DNA of 64,000 nt, taken from positions 85,408-149,407 of the forward strand of contig JBGTBM010000007.1 of NCBI GenBank assembly GCA_041749335.1. Direction: 5' to 3'. Below, piece after piece: positions 62,646 through 64,000 of this stretch. A program made the position numbers and the translations under genes. The notes beneath the pieces were generated by a model, which was given only the letters and a program-made list of their open reading frames with translations, was not told where the DNA came from and did not search any database. Origin of the DNA: Patescibacteria group bacterium. Lineage in GTDB: Bacteria; Patescibacteriota; JABMPQ01. Every line of letters starts with the position of its first letter. The first letter of the stretch is position 1.

Positions 62646-64000
62646 ATGGATAATTTAAAAGATAACGAAAAAAAGAGAAGTATCTTTTCTAATATGATTA
62701 ATAAACCCAAAGAGCTGCCTTTAATCGCGGTTAAAGATATGGTGATATTTCCGGGGGCGGTAATCCCGATCGCGGTTCAGAGGACAAAGTCGATTAAAGC
62801 GCTGGATGATTCGCAGAAAACCGGCCGGATGGCTATTTTTGTGGCGCAAAAGCAATCCGACGCGGAAAAACCTAAAGCCCGAGATTTGTTTAATATCGGT
62901 ACATTGGCGAAAATCAGAGAAATTGTAAAGCAGCCGGACGGAGTAGTAAGAATATTGGTAGAAGGTGTGGGCAAGGTTGAAATAACCGAATTTATTCAAG
63001 AAGATCCTTTTTTCAAAGTAAAATATAATCCGATCAGGCCGCAAGCCGGCACCAAAACCGAAAGAACGGAAGCCATGATGTATTCAGCGGTTAATCAATT
63101 CAAGGAGGCGGTAAATTTAGGTGCCACTGTGCCCTTAGACGTTTTGCTGGTGATTGTCAATATAACCGATCCTTTCCAGCTCGCGAATGTCATTGCTTTA
63201 AATATTGATTTTAATATTGATGAAAAGCAGGAAATATTGGAAGCTAATACTCCAGAAGAGAAGTTGGAAAAGGTTAATAAGGCTTTGTCGCGCCAGCTTA
63301 AAGTATTGCGCATGGCTAAAAAATTACAGTCGGAAACCGGCAAAGAATTAAGCAAAATGCAAAAAGAAATGTTTTTGCGCGAGCAGCTTAAGGCTATAGA
63401 AAAAGAATTGGGAGTAGTTGGTGGCCGCACCGAAGTGGAAGAGACGAGGGATAAGATTGAAAAAGCCGGAATGCCGAAAGAAGTCAAAGAAAAGGCTTTA
63501 AAAGAATTGGCCAGATTAGAGGGGATGCCATCATTTAGTCCGGAAATTTCATACATTAAAACATATTTGGATTGGTTGATTGAAGTTCCTTGGTCAAAAA
63601 AATCAAAAAGCAAAATTGATATCAAGCAAGCCAAAAAAATCTTAGACGAAGACCACTTTGGTTTGGATAAAGCCAAAGAAAGGGTTTTAGAATATTTGGC
63701 GGTGCAGAAGCTGGTGGGAAAAATCAAAGGGCCGATTCTATGTTTTGCGGGACCTCCGGGCACCGGTAAAACTTCAATCGGGAAATCTATTGCTCGCGCT
63801 CTGGGGCGAAAATTTTATCGAATGAGCTTGGGTGGCATCCGCGATGAAGCGGAAATCAGGGGCCATCGCCGCACTTATGTCGGCGCTCTGCCCGGTAGAA
63901 TTATTCAAGGGATAAACACCGCCGGCACCAAAAACCCGGTTTTTATGTTGGATGAAATAGATAAAGTGGGAGCGGATTTTCGAGGAGATCCTTCAGCCGC
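62646..64000 (+). CDS. lon: Endopeptidase La (3'-truncated by window)
   Basis: Not in ORF track (no stop); translated by hand: LPLIAVKDMVIFPG...GPPGTGKTS...GGIRDEAEIRGHRRTYVGA...LDEIDK. Confidence 0.96.
   Translation, partial: MDNLKDNEKKRSIFSNMINKPKELPLIAVKDMVIFPGAVIPIAVQRTKSIKALDDSQKTGRMAIFVAQKQSDAEKPKARDLFNIGTLAKIREIVKQPDGVVRILVEGVGKVEITEFIQEDPFFKVKYNPIRPQAGTKTERTEAMMYSAVNQFKEAVNLGATVPLDVLLVIVNITDPFQLANVIALNIDFNIDEKQEILEANTPEEKLEKVNKALSRQLKVLRMAKKLQSETGKELSKMQKEMFLREQLKAIEKELGVVGGRTEVEETRDKIEKAGMPKEVKEKALKELARLEGMPSFSPEISYIKTYLDWLIEVPWSKKSKSKIDIKQAKKILDEDHFGLDKAKERVLEYLAVQKLVGKIKGPILCFAGPPGTGKTSIGKSIARALGRKFYRMSLGGIRDEAEIRGHRRTYVGALPGRIIQGINTAGTKNPVFMLDEIDKVGADFRGDPSA

Noticed and set aside
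62721-63763. Minus-strand ORFs including a 222-aa one
   Set aside because: Antisense to lon.

Overview
This window looks like an AT-rich Patescibacteria (CPR)-like chromosome segment; the assignment is inferred from a divergent 16S, unlinked rRNA genes, VirB2-like pilin arrays and a FemX gene. It opens with the 3' part of the 16S gene. A ~7.6 kb gene-filled interval follows (tRNA-Ile, -Ala, -Val, a small GIY-YIG nuclease, two membrane proteins, a probable DGR target gene and a 1.3k-aa surface protein), then separately promoted 23S and 5S genes. Next come galU, a solute-binding lipoprotein, four pilin-like genes, a GT-C/OST-like membrane protein, a GC-rich SPFH islet and a ~39 kb surface-glycan island, then uvrB, ruvA, a FemX-like gene and a partial lon. 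Three signals stand out. (1) Each tRNA has a neighbouring broken 'shadow' copy carrying a different tiny (19-24 bp) hairpin-type element, next to a GIY-YIG gene in a repeat field; two of these element types recur nested in another REP, and one recurs in 23S hairpins. (2) An orphan gene has an almost adenine-free 3' end typical of a diversity-generating-retroelement variable repeat. (3) A four-helix-bundle (Avd/IVS-like) gene is enclosed by inverted heptamer arrays, with a gene-less copy before uvrB. All family assignments come from motif recognition by eye, not database searches.
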